Below, in pieces: positions 48,300-56,094 of a DNA stretch of 64,000 bases. Where the stretch lies: the IMG/VR virus record IMGVR_UViG_3300044981_000214. One strand, 5' to 3'. Made by a program: the position numbers and the translations under genes. Each line of letters begins with the position of its first letter. The stretch's first letter is position 1. The notes beneath the pieces were generated by a model. It saw nothing but the letters and a program-made list of their open reading frames with translations, was not told where the DNA came from and ran no database searches. Source of the DNA: a virus. Taxonomy: Duplodnaviria > Caudoviricetes.

Positions 48300-48563
48300 A
48301 TGAAGCGTGCTGCAGGTCCCAGATTCATATGCTGGCGAGTAGACCTCGGTAGCCATCGTCCGGCATATGTTACGAGTGTAGCAGAAACCAAAGGACGGGC
48401 AGGGTGGCGCTACACAGCAAATAAGTCAGGGGCTCGTACGCTGTCACCTGAAATGGTCAAGGATTTCGAAGCAACGGTCAGTCGTGAACGTGGCATATCC
48501 TTTTGTCGCTCTGTTGATTCCGGGTTAGGGCATAAACGAACTAGATCGCGTACACGAAAGTGA
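48300..48563 (+). CDS. small basic protein with GLG-Arg tail
   Basis: ends DSGLGHKRTRSRTRK. Confidence 0.6.
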   Translation: MKRAAGPRFICWRVDLGSHRPAYVTSVAETKGRAGWRYTANKSGARTLSPEMVKDFEATVSRERGISFCRSVDSGLGHKRTRSRTRK

Positions 48564-48568
48564 CTAGT

Positions 48569-48584
48569 GATCGCCCTAGCGATC
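48569..48584. promoter_or_regulatory. palindromic motif copy 7
   Basis: GATCGCCCTAGCGATC, 3 nt before TGaTATGCT. Confidence 0.7.
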
Positions 48585-48603
48585 CTATGATATGCTAATA
48601 ACC

Positions 48604-48915
48604 ATGCGTAGACGCAGTCGATTAGGTAGCCCCGAGTACATACATACACTGCGGGCCAAGACTGCACAGCGATCGATGAAAGAGGGCCTGAGTCTAGCTG
48701 AAAAGAGACTTGCGGCCCGGCAATGCACAAGTGCCTATATGAATTTAGTGCAGGCGTGGCAGGGGTACGGCCAGGTAATGGCTGAAAACAAGGGCGGTGG
48801 TAGCGAATGGATTCCGCATTCGGATTTTATGGACACTAGCGGCAAGTTTGTTGATATGTGCATCAGGGACCTCGAACACGGACTAGGTAGGCGCACTAGA
48901 CGCAGTCGTCGGTGA
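48604..48915 (+). CDS. small basic protein with LG-Arg tags at both ends
   Basis: MRRRSRLG-SP ... EHGLG-RRTRRSRR; leaderless ATG 48604. Confidence 0.65.
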   Translation: MRRRSRLGSPEYIHTLRAKTAQRSMKEGLSLAEKRLAARQCTSAYMNLVQAWQGYGQVMAENKGGGSEWIPHSDFMDTSGKFVDMCIRDLEHGLGRRTRRSRR

Positions 48916-48940
48916 TAATTGAAAAAGGATCAAAGAGATC

Positions 48941-49207
48941 ATGGCCCAAAACAAGTTATTCTGCGCCCGTAGTATTCCAGGCGCCCCATTCGTTCGCACC
49001 TCGATCAAGCATAAAAAGCTATCAGAGTTCGAGCAGACTAAGGTCGGTAAGGTTATCTTGCTGGTTCATCAAGGTTATCCTCACATGATCTTGACTGCGC
49101 CTAAGCGCAAGGGTGAATTTGAAGCAAAGTGTCCATTCGGGACCAAAAAAATACATATCGACTCACCACATGAGTTGAGCGGACTTCGTCGGCGACACAG
49201 GCGGTAA
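48941..49207 (+). CDS. small basic protein with LSG-Arg tail
   Basis: ends HELSGLRRRHRR. Confidence 0.6.
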   Translation: MAQNKLFCARSIPGAPFVRTSIKHKKLSEFEQTKVGKVILLVHQGYPHMILTAPKRKGEFEAKCPFGTKKIHIDSPHELSGLRRRHRR

Positions 49208-49211
49208 GCAC

Positions 49212-49454
49212 GTGACGACCCGTAAGATTAATGGCCTTTTCTGCGAAAAGGCCCTAGCGTCCCAGCATATTTTCTCACCTGCTAGCTTTCGTTGGACGCG
49301 TTCAGGCAAAGCTTGGATCCTGCTTGGATGCCAACGCAACGCATACGATAGCCGCACTAGGCATTGCAAAGTAGGCCTCCGCGGCTTCAAGCTCCTAACA
49401 CCTGTTCACGGTAAGCGGTGTCCACCAGGTGCAAAGCGAATCGATAAACGCTAG
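49212..49454 (+). CDS. small basic Cys-rich protein
   Basis: LFC..F..SFR...GK..IL.GC pattern, distantly similar to 48941. Confidence 0.6.
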   Translation: MTTRKINGLFCEKALASQHIFSPASFRWTRSGKAWILLGCQRNAYDSRTRHCKVGLRGFKLLTPVHGKRCPPGAKRIDKR

Positions 49455-49466
49455 AATCAGTCAACT

Positions 49467-49892
49467 ATGGACTGTCATGCGATCACGCCGAACTTGTACT
49501 TCGGGAGCAAGCCTGAAGTCGGTGAATACAACAACGTCGACGTAATTGTACTCTGCGCCAGAGAGTACCAGCCCATAGGGCCATTGTTTCAAGGTGTCCG
49601 TGTTATTCACGCACCGTTGGACGATGACGATTCGCGTCCATTACAGCCATCCGAGATAGAAATCATCGTCGAGGCTTGTAGAAAGATCGCCTACTACTTG
49701 AGCCAAGACCAAGTTGTCTTGGTCACATGTCTCGCCGGCTGCAATAGATCAGGTTTAATTACGGCTATATCAGCGATGATTGGCTATGGCTGGGATGCTG
49801 AAACGACTATTCAGCGTTTGCGTGCGGCTCGTTCATGCGCTTTGTTCAATCGCGTGTTTGAAGCCTTTGTCCGCGGCATACAATTAGGGTAA
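49467..49892 (+). CDS. dual-specificity protein phosphatase
   Basis: CX5R loop VLVTCLAGCNRSG; acid loop PLDDDD; ITPNLYFGS. Confidence 0.85.
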   Translation: MDCHAITPNLYFGSKPEVGEYNNVDVIVLCAREYQPIGPLFQGVRVIHAPLDDDDSRPLQPSEIEIIVEACRKIAYYLSQDQVVLVTCLAGCNRSGLITAISAMIGYGWDAETTIQRLRAARSCALFNRVFEAFVRGIQLG

Positions 49893-49904
49893 ACTACGAT
49901 AACA

Positions 49905-50120
49905 ATGACCTCAGAACAGTTTGCCTATTGGATGCAGGGATTTGCCGAAATGGTTAACGAGCGGCCTACTGAAAAGCAATGGACGATGATTAAGGACCAT
50001 CTGACGCTTGTATTTGATAAGCAAACACCAGATCGTAAAGAAGAGGTTGAGTCAAAGATTCGTAAACAAGACATACAATTGATTAGAAATTCCTGGAGCA
50101 GCGGTATTCGGATTTGCTAA
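49905..50120 (+). CDS. conserved small phage protein
   Basis: MTSEQFAYWMQGFAE..QW..IKDHL.LVF pattern. Confidence 0.6.
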   Translation: MTSEQFAYWMQGFAEMVNERPTEKQWTMIKDHLTLVFDKQTPDRKEEVESKIRKQDIQLIRNSWSSGIRIC

Positions 50121-50124
50121 ATAT

Positions 50125-50598
50125 CTATTGTGACCAAGGACTGGCAATATTACAGTCTGTAGTCCACCCTGGATTTACCCATACCGAGCACGGTGCTGCT
50201 GCTGACTCTGTAGGGCATGCGGCAAGGTCAGGCTTTCGCTTGTCTGGGTAGAGACTTTCACAGACCTGCCAACCTTCCCATGAACCGTAGCAGAGCACCG
50301 ACGCTTCAAATGAAATACACGCAGGCAAGTCAGGAAACGAGAACGAGAATCCCGCTGAATCACAGCGTTGCGCAAACTGACACCAGGCAGTCATAAGCTG
50401 TTCATTTGCTCCTTCCCACGTCAAGGCACTTCCCCCATCTACACCAGCATCGAGTGAATTGGGTACAACTTCCGTCTGATCATTACTACAGCCAACTAAC
50501 GCTGAACCGGCTAGAACCAACAAAATCGTAATTATACAGCTAGCAATAATGATTGCGATCCCTATGGCCGCACGTTCTGGTTCGGATAACTGCTTCAT
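50125..50598 (-). CDS. Cys-rich lipoprotein
   Basis: signal peptide and LVGC lipobox; DAGVDGG linker; paired cysteines. Confidence 0.65.
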   Translation of the reverse strand: MKQLSEPERAAIGIAIIIASCIITILLVLAGSALVGCSNDQTEVVPNSLDAGVDGGSALTWEGANEQLMTAWCQFAQRCDSAGFSFSFPDLPACISFEASVLCYGSWEGWQVCESLYPDKRKPDLAACPTESAAAPCSVWVNPGWTTDCNIASPWSQ

Positions 50599-50629
50599 GT
50601 TGTCCCTAGATATACTCTATCTCAGAAAT

Positions 50630-50917
50630 TCAGCCTAAAGTAATCGGCACCCATCGCCCCAATCGAACGTAACCGCATAGCCCACACCGGAGGCATTTAA
50701 CCGTAGGTGCTAGGGTTAATGGCGCTGTATGGACGATTTCATAGACATCCACAGCTACAGTATCTATCTTCTGAACCGCCAAGAAATATTGACAATACAT
50801 ACCAGAGGTTGGATCAGGATGCGTATGAATATAGCCGATCAACTTCCCGACTCGGTCTTGTATTGGCTGCAGGGTATGCCCGCCGCCAATATTTAAAGTC
50901 GCAGGCTTCACATGCAC
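50630..50917 (-). CDS. small zinc-binding protein (DUF6527-like)
   Basis: PLTLAPTVKCLRCGLCGYVRLGRWVP. Confidence 0.55.
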   Translation of the reverse strand: MHVKPATLNIGGGHTLQPIQDRVGKLIGYIHTHPDPTSGMYCQYFLAVQKIDTVAVDVYEIVHTAPLTLAPTVKCLRCGLCGYVRLGRWVPITLG

Positions 50918-50918
50918 T

Positions 50919-51326
50919 TCATAAACCGCTACGTAGCATTTTTATTTTAGTCTCAGCTACTAGCCTTAATAAGGCTTTAACACGTGGAACGGTGAAAGCA
51001 CCTTCGACCAAATAACAATGCGGCGATTCATGCTCTCCTACCACCACAGCAATGGGTAATTCATCAAAGGGATACTTACCCGTTTGAGCTGCTGGAAGTT
51101 GTTTAAGCCAACTATTAAGGGTGTCTTGGGACTCAAACGGCGACAGTGCTATCGGAATCAGCCCTTCATCGAAGGAATCCCACGAATCTTCTAGCGTAGT
51201 AAAAGGCTCACCTGTCTCTTTGACCGCCGTACGAAACGCGTCAAACGTTCCTGCGTGTAGTTCAGCAAGACCCCAGACAATCACGTATAGGTCAACATCG
51301 CTAATTGTCTGTTGCGGCCGTTCCAT
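50919..51326 (-). CDS. hypothetical protein
   Basis: 135 aa, tightly packed with neighbours. Confidence 0.5.
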   Translation of the reverse strand: MERPQQTISDVDLYVIVWGLAELHAGTFDAFRTAVKETGEPFTTLEDSWDSFDEGLIPIALSPFESQDTLNSWLKQLPAAQTGKYPFDELPIAVVVGEHESPHCYLVEGAFTVPRVKALLRLVAETKIKMLRSGL

Positions 51327-51328
51327 TG

Positions 51329-51721
51329 CTATACTTTAGTCAAATCACACACCCCGGTGTAATCTACGCAGTCAAATACCGCAAACGGTGCACCAGTCGA
51401 GCCGTGGTTCTCGCCGAGAACTACACGAAATACTGGACGTGATGAAGAATCTTGAGCCTTCCATCGCGCCATGCTTGGAACTTTACGTGACTCACTCCGA
51501 AATTGATCTTCCGCCGTCCAATCTTTCTCTAACCCGCGCCAAATATCGACACTGTCATTGTCGATCGCGACAGCCTCAGTAAATGCTACTTGTGCGTTAC
51601 ATGCCTCAGTGCCCTTGGTGATCGAAATAAGAGTCCCGGCTCGAATACCAACGGTATTGTATAGCTTACCGATTACCTGATCACCGACTTTGGCTTCGGT
51701 TCCATCTTTATAATGTGGCAT
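51329..51721 (-). CDS. hypothetical phage protein
   Basis: MPHYKDGTEAKVGDQV..G.L.SIT.G.EACN pattern. Confidence 0.55.
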   Translation of the reverse strand: MPHYKDGTEAKVGDQVIGKLYNTVGIRAGTLISITKGTEACNAQVAFTEAVAIDNDSVDIWRGLEKDWTAEDQFRSESRKVPSMARWKAQDSSSRPVFRVVLGENHGSTGAPFAVFDCVDYTGVCDLTKV

Positions 51722-54090
51722 TACTCGCCTCCTTGTCCTTCGCCTTCTATTTCTGGATCACTATCATCTAATTCAACGTCTTCATGGAGGATTCTTACAC
51801 ACTCGTCTTTGAAGGCCTGTTCACCGTCGGGGAACAGTACATCGATCAAGTCTGCAAACCTTGAATCGTCAAATAACGTGAACGCAGGAATTACCAAGTT
51901 ATTGGAAATTACCGCTTCCACGCCCTTAAGGATAGCATCAACAGCCTCCGACGGTGTCAGACCGTTCTTAACACCGATACGTAACGTCTTGACGCTCTCC
52001 CATGCTGCGCCGAACATCTTTAGATTTGCAATCTCATTCGCGTTTTGTGCAGGAGTCGGCTCAGAAGGAACACCCTCAATACGAACTGGTGTAGGACCCT
52101 CAGCGACTACGACTTCTGGGGCTGGTGTACGTCCAGCTGGTTTCTTGCGCTGCGGTACAGCCGTGGGAATCACTTCGGCTTGCGGTTGCGGGCCGTTAAA
52201 GCCGTTACCTTGGCTCACAGGCGGTGGCGGTGACCACGTCTGCTGAGACTGAGCCCGAATAGCTTCTGCTTGAACATGAGCTTCGGCAGCTGCACGCTGT
52301 GCAACGGCCTGTGCCTCTGCCTGCTTGACTTTCGATTCAGAAATAACCTGGTCACGCTTCATAGCAATGAAGCGTTCAGCCGTGTCTTTGACGCCGCTCA
52401 TTCCTTCTTGTAGAAGCCTAACGGTAGGGCTATCACCACCACCGCCGCTCATCTGCATTACCTGTTCAGCTGCGCCGCGGTACATCTGAACGATGCCGTC
52501 GACACTAGAAACTAGGTTACGCATGAACGTATCCTGACCAGAACTAGACTCCTTCATCATTTGCGCAAGCTGCAATGGATTTAGCATGAAATTGCTCAGA
52601 CGATTAGTCTGATCCTGGTTCATGCGTGCCATCTCCTTCATTTGCTCGCCGCTCTGTCGTGATGTTTCCCGTAGGACCTCAATCATTGGATCAGGGCCTT
52701 TATTGTTATTGGCTTCTGCCATTTGCTGCATACGGCGCTCAAGGACGTCAGCCTGTTCCTTGATCTGACGCTGTAGCATTTCATCTCGCCGTTCACGCTC
52801 ATAGCGCTCACGCTCTGCATTACGTTCATTGCGTTCAAGTTCTAGGCGCCGTTCGGTCTCAGCTCGTTCACGCTCACGCTCCTGACGATCGTGTTCACGC
52901 TGTTTGTCAGCTTCGTAACGTAGCCGATCCTGTTCAGCCCGCAATTGTCGAACTTCATCTGACTCACCGCGATTATTATTTTGTGACATAGCTGCAAGCT
53001 GGTCACGCAATGCAGCTACCTGCTGGTCACTAGCAGCACGCATCTGTGCCATGTGTGCTTCCATAAGCTGCTGTTGCATCTTCAATTGTTCAGCCTGAGC
53101 CGATTCACGCAAGCGCTGTGTCTCCTCACGAAGCCTACGGACCTCGTCGTCCTCGGGCTTGTGCCGTGCTTCAGCCATACGCCGCATTTCTTCTTGCATA
53201 GCCCGCAGCTGTTCAGCCTGCTGCTGCTGCATTTGTTGAATCTGCTGCTGCTGCTGCGCTTGCATACGCTCTAGTTGCGCTTTGTACTCGTTGTCTTTTT
53301 GAAGCAATTCAGCAGCACGAAGCTTGGCTTCTAGTTCCTTTGTCTTCTGCTCTTCAGCCTCACGTTCCTTGCGCTGCCTTGACGTGCTGTAATCGTCGTC
53401 GTTGCCGCGTACACGGTCACGTAGCTCGTCACGGGTGCGAGTATAAGATTGCTGGTAGCCGTACTGGGGCGGTGGATAAAAACTAGGCGCTGGACCACTA
53501 AAGCCCCATGGCGACGGGCCCTGTGGAGCCTGCTGCCAAGGCATAGTTGGCTGTGCGACCGGCTGTAATATCTGCGGTTGATTCTGCTGCTGTTGATAAG
53601 AAGGCAGTGTAATACCGCTTTGTGGTGGCGTACCGTAACCCAAAGCATTGCCGCTTGGAGGCCAACTGGTGTTGTTTACCGCCTGAGTTAAAGGCTGGAC
53701 GTTGGCAGGCACCAATTGGGGGCCCGTATTATTCGTTGGAGTGTTTCCCATTACAGCTGCCTCAGAAGCGTTAGGAGGAACGCGCTCGGGATAAACCCGA
53801 GGGTCAAAAAGGAATTCCCAGGTCATTTCACTGGGCGGGTTCTTGCTGTCTAATAGGGTCGCACGATAGTGACCGCCACCAGACCATTTGTTTACTAGCC
53901 ACTGCTCAAAACTCAATATCTCATCGCGGGTCCAGCCCGCACCAGGGGCTCCACCGTCTTTGCTGGGCAGCTCAATAGGCTGTTGAACACTGCCTTTGAG
54001 CTTTACAACGCGAAGCAGCAGCGGCTCCGCCATGGATTGCAATTTTGCGGGATCGAACGCCTGATGTCTGTCTTTGTTAGATGTTGCCAT
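51721..54090 (-). CDS. large Gln/Pro-rich coiled-coil protein
   Basis: 789 aa: N-terminal globular domain, P/Q-rich linker, long E/R/Q coiled coil, C-terminal helical domain. Confidence 0.7.
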   Translation of the reverse strand: MATSNKDRHQAFDPAKLQSMAEPLLLRVVKLKGSVQQPIELPSKDGGAPGAGWTRDEILSFEQWLVNKWSGGGHYRATLLDSKNPPSEMTWEFLFDPRVYPERVPPNASEAAVMGNTPTNNTGPQLVPANVQPLTQAVNNTSWPPSGNALGYGTPPQSGITLPSYQQQQNQPQILQPVAQPTMPWQQAPQGPSPWGFSGPAPSFYPPPQYGYQQSYTRTRDELRDRVRGNDDDYSTSRQRKEREAEEQKTKELEAKLRAAELLQKDNEYKAQLERMQAQQQQQIQQMQQQQAEQLRAMQEEMRRMAEARHKPEDDEVRRLREETQRLRESAQAEQLKMQQQLMEAHMAQMRAASDQQVAALRDQLAAMSQNNNRGESDEVRQLRAEQDRLRYEADKQREHDRQERERERAETERRLELERNERNAERERYERERRDEMLQRQIKEQADVLERRMQQMAEANNNKGPDPMIEVLRETSRQSGEQMKEMARMNQDQTNRLSNFMLNPLQLAQMMKESSSGQDTFMRNLVSSVDGIVQMYRGAAEQVMQMSGGGGDSPTVRLLQEGMSGVKDTAERFIAMKRDQVISESKVKQAEAQAVAQRAAAEAHVQAEAIRAQSQQTWSPPPPVSQGNGFNGPQPQAEVIPTAVPQRKKPAGRTPAPEVVVAEGPTPVRIEGVPSEPTPAQNANEIANLKMFGAAWESVKTLRIGVKNGLTPSEAVDAILKGVEAVISNNLVIPAFTLFDDSRFADLIDVLFPDGEQAFKDECVRILHEDVELDDSDPEIEGEGQGGE

Positions 54091-54135
54091 ATTTTTTGAT
54101 CCACCTCAATTAGGGTACTTGTAGAGGATCCAAGC

Positions 54136-54153
54136 TGATCGCAACAGCGATCA
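54136..54153. promoter_or_regulatory. palindromic motif copy 8
   Basis: TGATCGCAACAGCGATCA, intergenic, upstream of 54090. Confidence 0.7.
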
Positions 54154-54260
54154 TTTGGGCACTGTAATCTGAGATAGCCAATAAGTCAATCAATGAAAGT
54201 ATTGCGCACTGCGAAATTTAAGGTCTTAAAATCGTATATGCGATTGCGCACGAAGGGCAA

Positions 54261-54737
54261 TTGCTGTATAGATCCATATTCAAGATGAGCGCAATCAAGA
54301 AATTTCACGCACCAGAACGTAAATTCGAACGCGGGTTTGGCTGTTATTCTTGTAAGTCTTGGAATAACGGAGAGTTATCGCGCAAACACTGGGAAAGTTG
54401 TCGACAACGAGATTTGGCGCATATTGCCGCTACACCTGGAGTGTCCCGATTAGGTGAACTAGAAAATGCGATCCCAGATCAACGTGACGCGCGTATAGAC
54501 CAGCTTAAGTTTATGGATGAGAATGTGAGTCGTGGCGCTGTAGGCATCTGTATGAAGGGGGCCAGGCCTGCGTCATTGGGGGGTCCCGAAGGGGACTTCG
54601 TCGCATATTCCTTTGCCTGTGACCGCTGGGTAGGCCGAGACGGTTCATCGCTCGCATCTGCACCAGGCGAGAAGAAACTTCTCAATGAAGAAATGCAGCA
54701 AGAGGCGGAGGAGCGTATTAGAAAGGGGAGTAAATAA
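54261..54737 (+). CDS. Cys-containing hypothetical protein
   Basis: CxxCxxW..GxC..CDRW; start may be 54285. Confidence 0.55.
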   Translation: MLYRSIFKMSAIKKFHAPERKFERGFGCYSCKSWNNGELSRKHWESCRQRDLAHIAATPGVSRLGELENAIPDQRDARIDQLKFMDENVSRGAVGICMKGARPASLGGPEGDFVAYSFACDRWVGRDGSSLASAPGEKKLLNEEMQQEAEERIRKGSK

Positions 54738-54738
54738 T

Positions 54739-55140
54739 ATGCAGGTATTTGCGCTATACATGTTGATGTGTGCAGCTGCGTCATTTTTGCTTGTCCGAGC
54801 GACTATCACAGAGTGGCTGTGGTCAAGATACCCATATTGGTTGGACAGCTATTTGTCCTGTACTGCCTGTAGCGGATTTGCGTTAGGACTCATCGCTGCC
54901 GTAGTTGGCGGCTGGTGTTTCGATTTCGACTTCCTAGGCTTTGCTGGAAGGACCTGGATGGCGGTTTTAGCCTCAGGTATGTCTGCCATGGTAGTAGTCC
55001 CAATCATTGCCTGGGCGCAAACCAATGCGTTAATACAGCTAGGGGGAGGGTTGGAGACAGTCGACCCGTCTACAGAGTTTCAGGATGCGCTAGCAGCAGC
55101 TAATGCCATTGCTGACCGCCGAGCCCACCCAGAGGCCTAA
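54739..55140 (+). CDS. DUF1360-like membrane protein
   Basis: TM, I.EWL, LSCTACSGF, further TMs; GGGGAG RBS before ATG 54739. Confidence 0.6.
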   Translation: MQVFALYMLMCAAASFLLVRATITEWLWSRYPYWLDSYLSCTACSGFALGLIAAVVGGWCFDFDFLGFAGRTWMAVLASGMSAMVVVPIIAWAQTNALIQLGGGLETVDPSTEFQDALAAANAIADRRAHPEA

Positions 55141-55142
55141 AA

Positions 55143-55610
55143 ATGTGGCGCCATGGGCATACATCCGCAAACGGCAAAACAAATTTGTCCCCGACCTATA
55201 TAAGCTGGCGAAGAATGATCCAACGTTGTCAGTTACCTCCAGAAGATCCGCGATATCCTTATTATAGAGGGATTACAGTATGTAAACGTTGGCAGGATTT
55301 TAGAAATTTTCTAGCCGATATGGGTGAACGCCCTTCCAAGCTGTACACTATTGATCGTTATCCAGACAAAAACGGAAAATATAAACCTGGCAACGCTCGT
55401 TGGGCGACCAAACAAGAACAAGCAGTCAATAGAAGAAACACACATTGGATTACGTTTAATGGTCAGACACATACTATCTGCGAATGGGCAAAACTATTAA
55501 ATGTTGCCTATAGCACAATTAGACGGCGGCTTGATAAAGGGCACAGTATCGAATCAATATTGATGCGATTCGATGCAAGGATGACGAGAAATGCCAAAAA
55601 AAAGAAATGA
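55143..55610 (+). CDS. HNH-type homing endonuclease
   Basis: SWRRMIQRC..RGITVCKRW..FLADMGERP..IDRYPD..GKYKPGNARWAT. Confidence 0.8.
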   Translation: MWRHGHTSANGKTNLSPTYISWRRMIQRCQLPPEDPRYPYYRGITVCKRWQDFRNFLADMGERPSKLYTIDRYPDKNGKYKPGNARWATKQEQAVNRRNTHWITFNGQTHTICEWAKLLNVAYSTIRRRLDKGHSIESILMRFDARMTRNAKKKK

Positions 55611-56094
55611 AAACGCCCCGTTTTGGCTTCAAATTCATGAAGCAGAACGACACATAATCACCTTTGCACTTGAGCAATGTCAAACCATATTGAGAGCATC
55701 AAGCATATTAGGGGTCAGCCCAAATTTCTTGAGCGATCGTATCAACAAGTTAGGCATTATTGCACCAACATCAAGGTCCAATTCAATTGCGCTAGAACGA
55801 AGAAAAGAAAAGGCTGACAAGAAAGCGTCGAAAGAGGCTACCAAGGCAATAGTTACTCCAACACCCAAGACTCCTATATCCACGGTTGAAGAGATCATGG
55901 ACGAAGATGAACTAGAAGACGACGGCGCATTCGAAGACGATGATGATGACGACGACGATGATGATGATGCTAGCGATGACGATGACGATGACGAAGGTGA
56001 CGACGACGATGACGACGAGCCTGATGACGAGGTAAATGGCGATACTGAGGAAGACGACGGTGAAAACGATGAAACCTCCTCTAAAGTCGACTAA
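55591..56094 (+). CDS. Fis-like HTH protein with long acidic tail
   Basis: AERHIITFALEQ..RASSILGVS..LSDRINKLGI, then a basic patch and about 60 mostly D/E residues. Confidence 0.7.
   Translation: MPKKRNENAPFWLQIHEAERHIITFALEQCQTILRASSILGVSPNFLSDRINKLGIIAPTSRSNSIALERRKEKADKKASKEATKAIVTPTPKTPISTVEEIMDEDELEDDGAFEDDDDDDDDDDDASDDDDDDEGDDDDDDEPDDEVNGDTEEDDGENDETSSKVD

Noticed and set aside
2942-54153. CRISPR array or cyanobacterial HIP1 as the explanation for the GATCGC palindromes
   Set aside because: The copies are kilobases apart with no repeat-spacer periodicity and no cas genes. HIP1 is the contiguous GCGATCGC and occurs in coding regions, whereas this motif has reversed arms, a 4-bp spacer and is intergenic.
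55915-56030. GAT/GAC microsatellite
   Set aside because: Mixed codons encode a poly-Asp tract, so this is protein-level low complexity.
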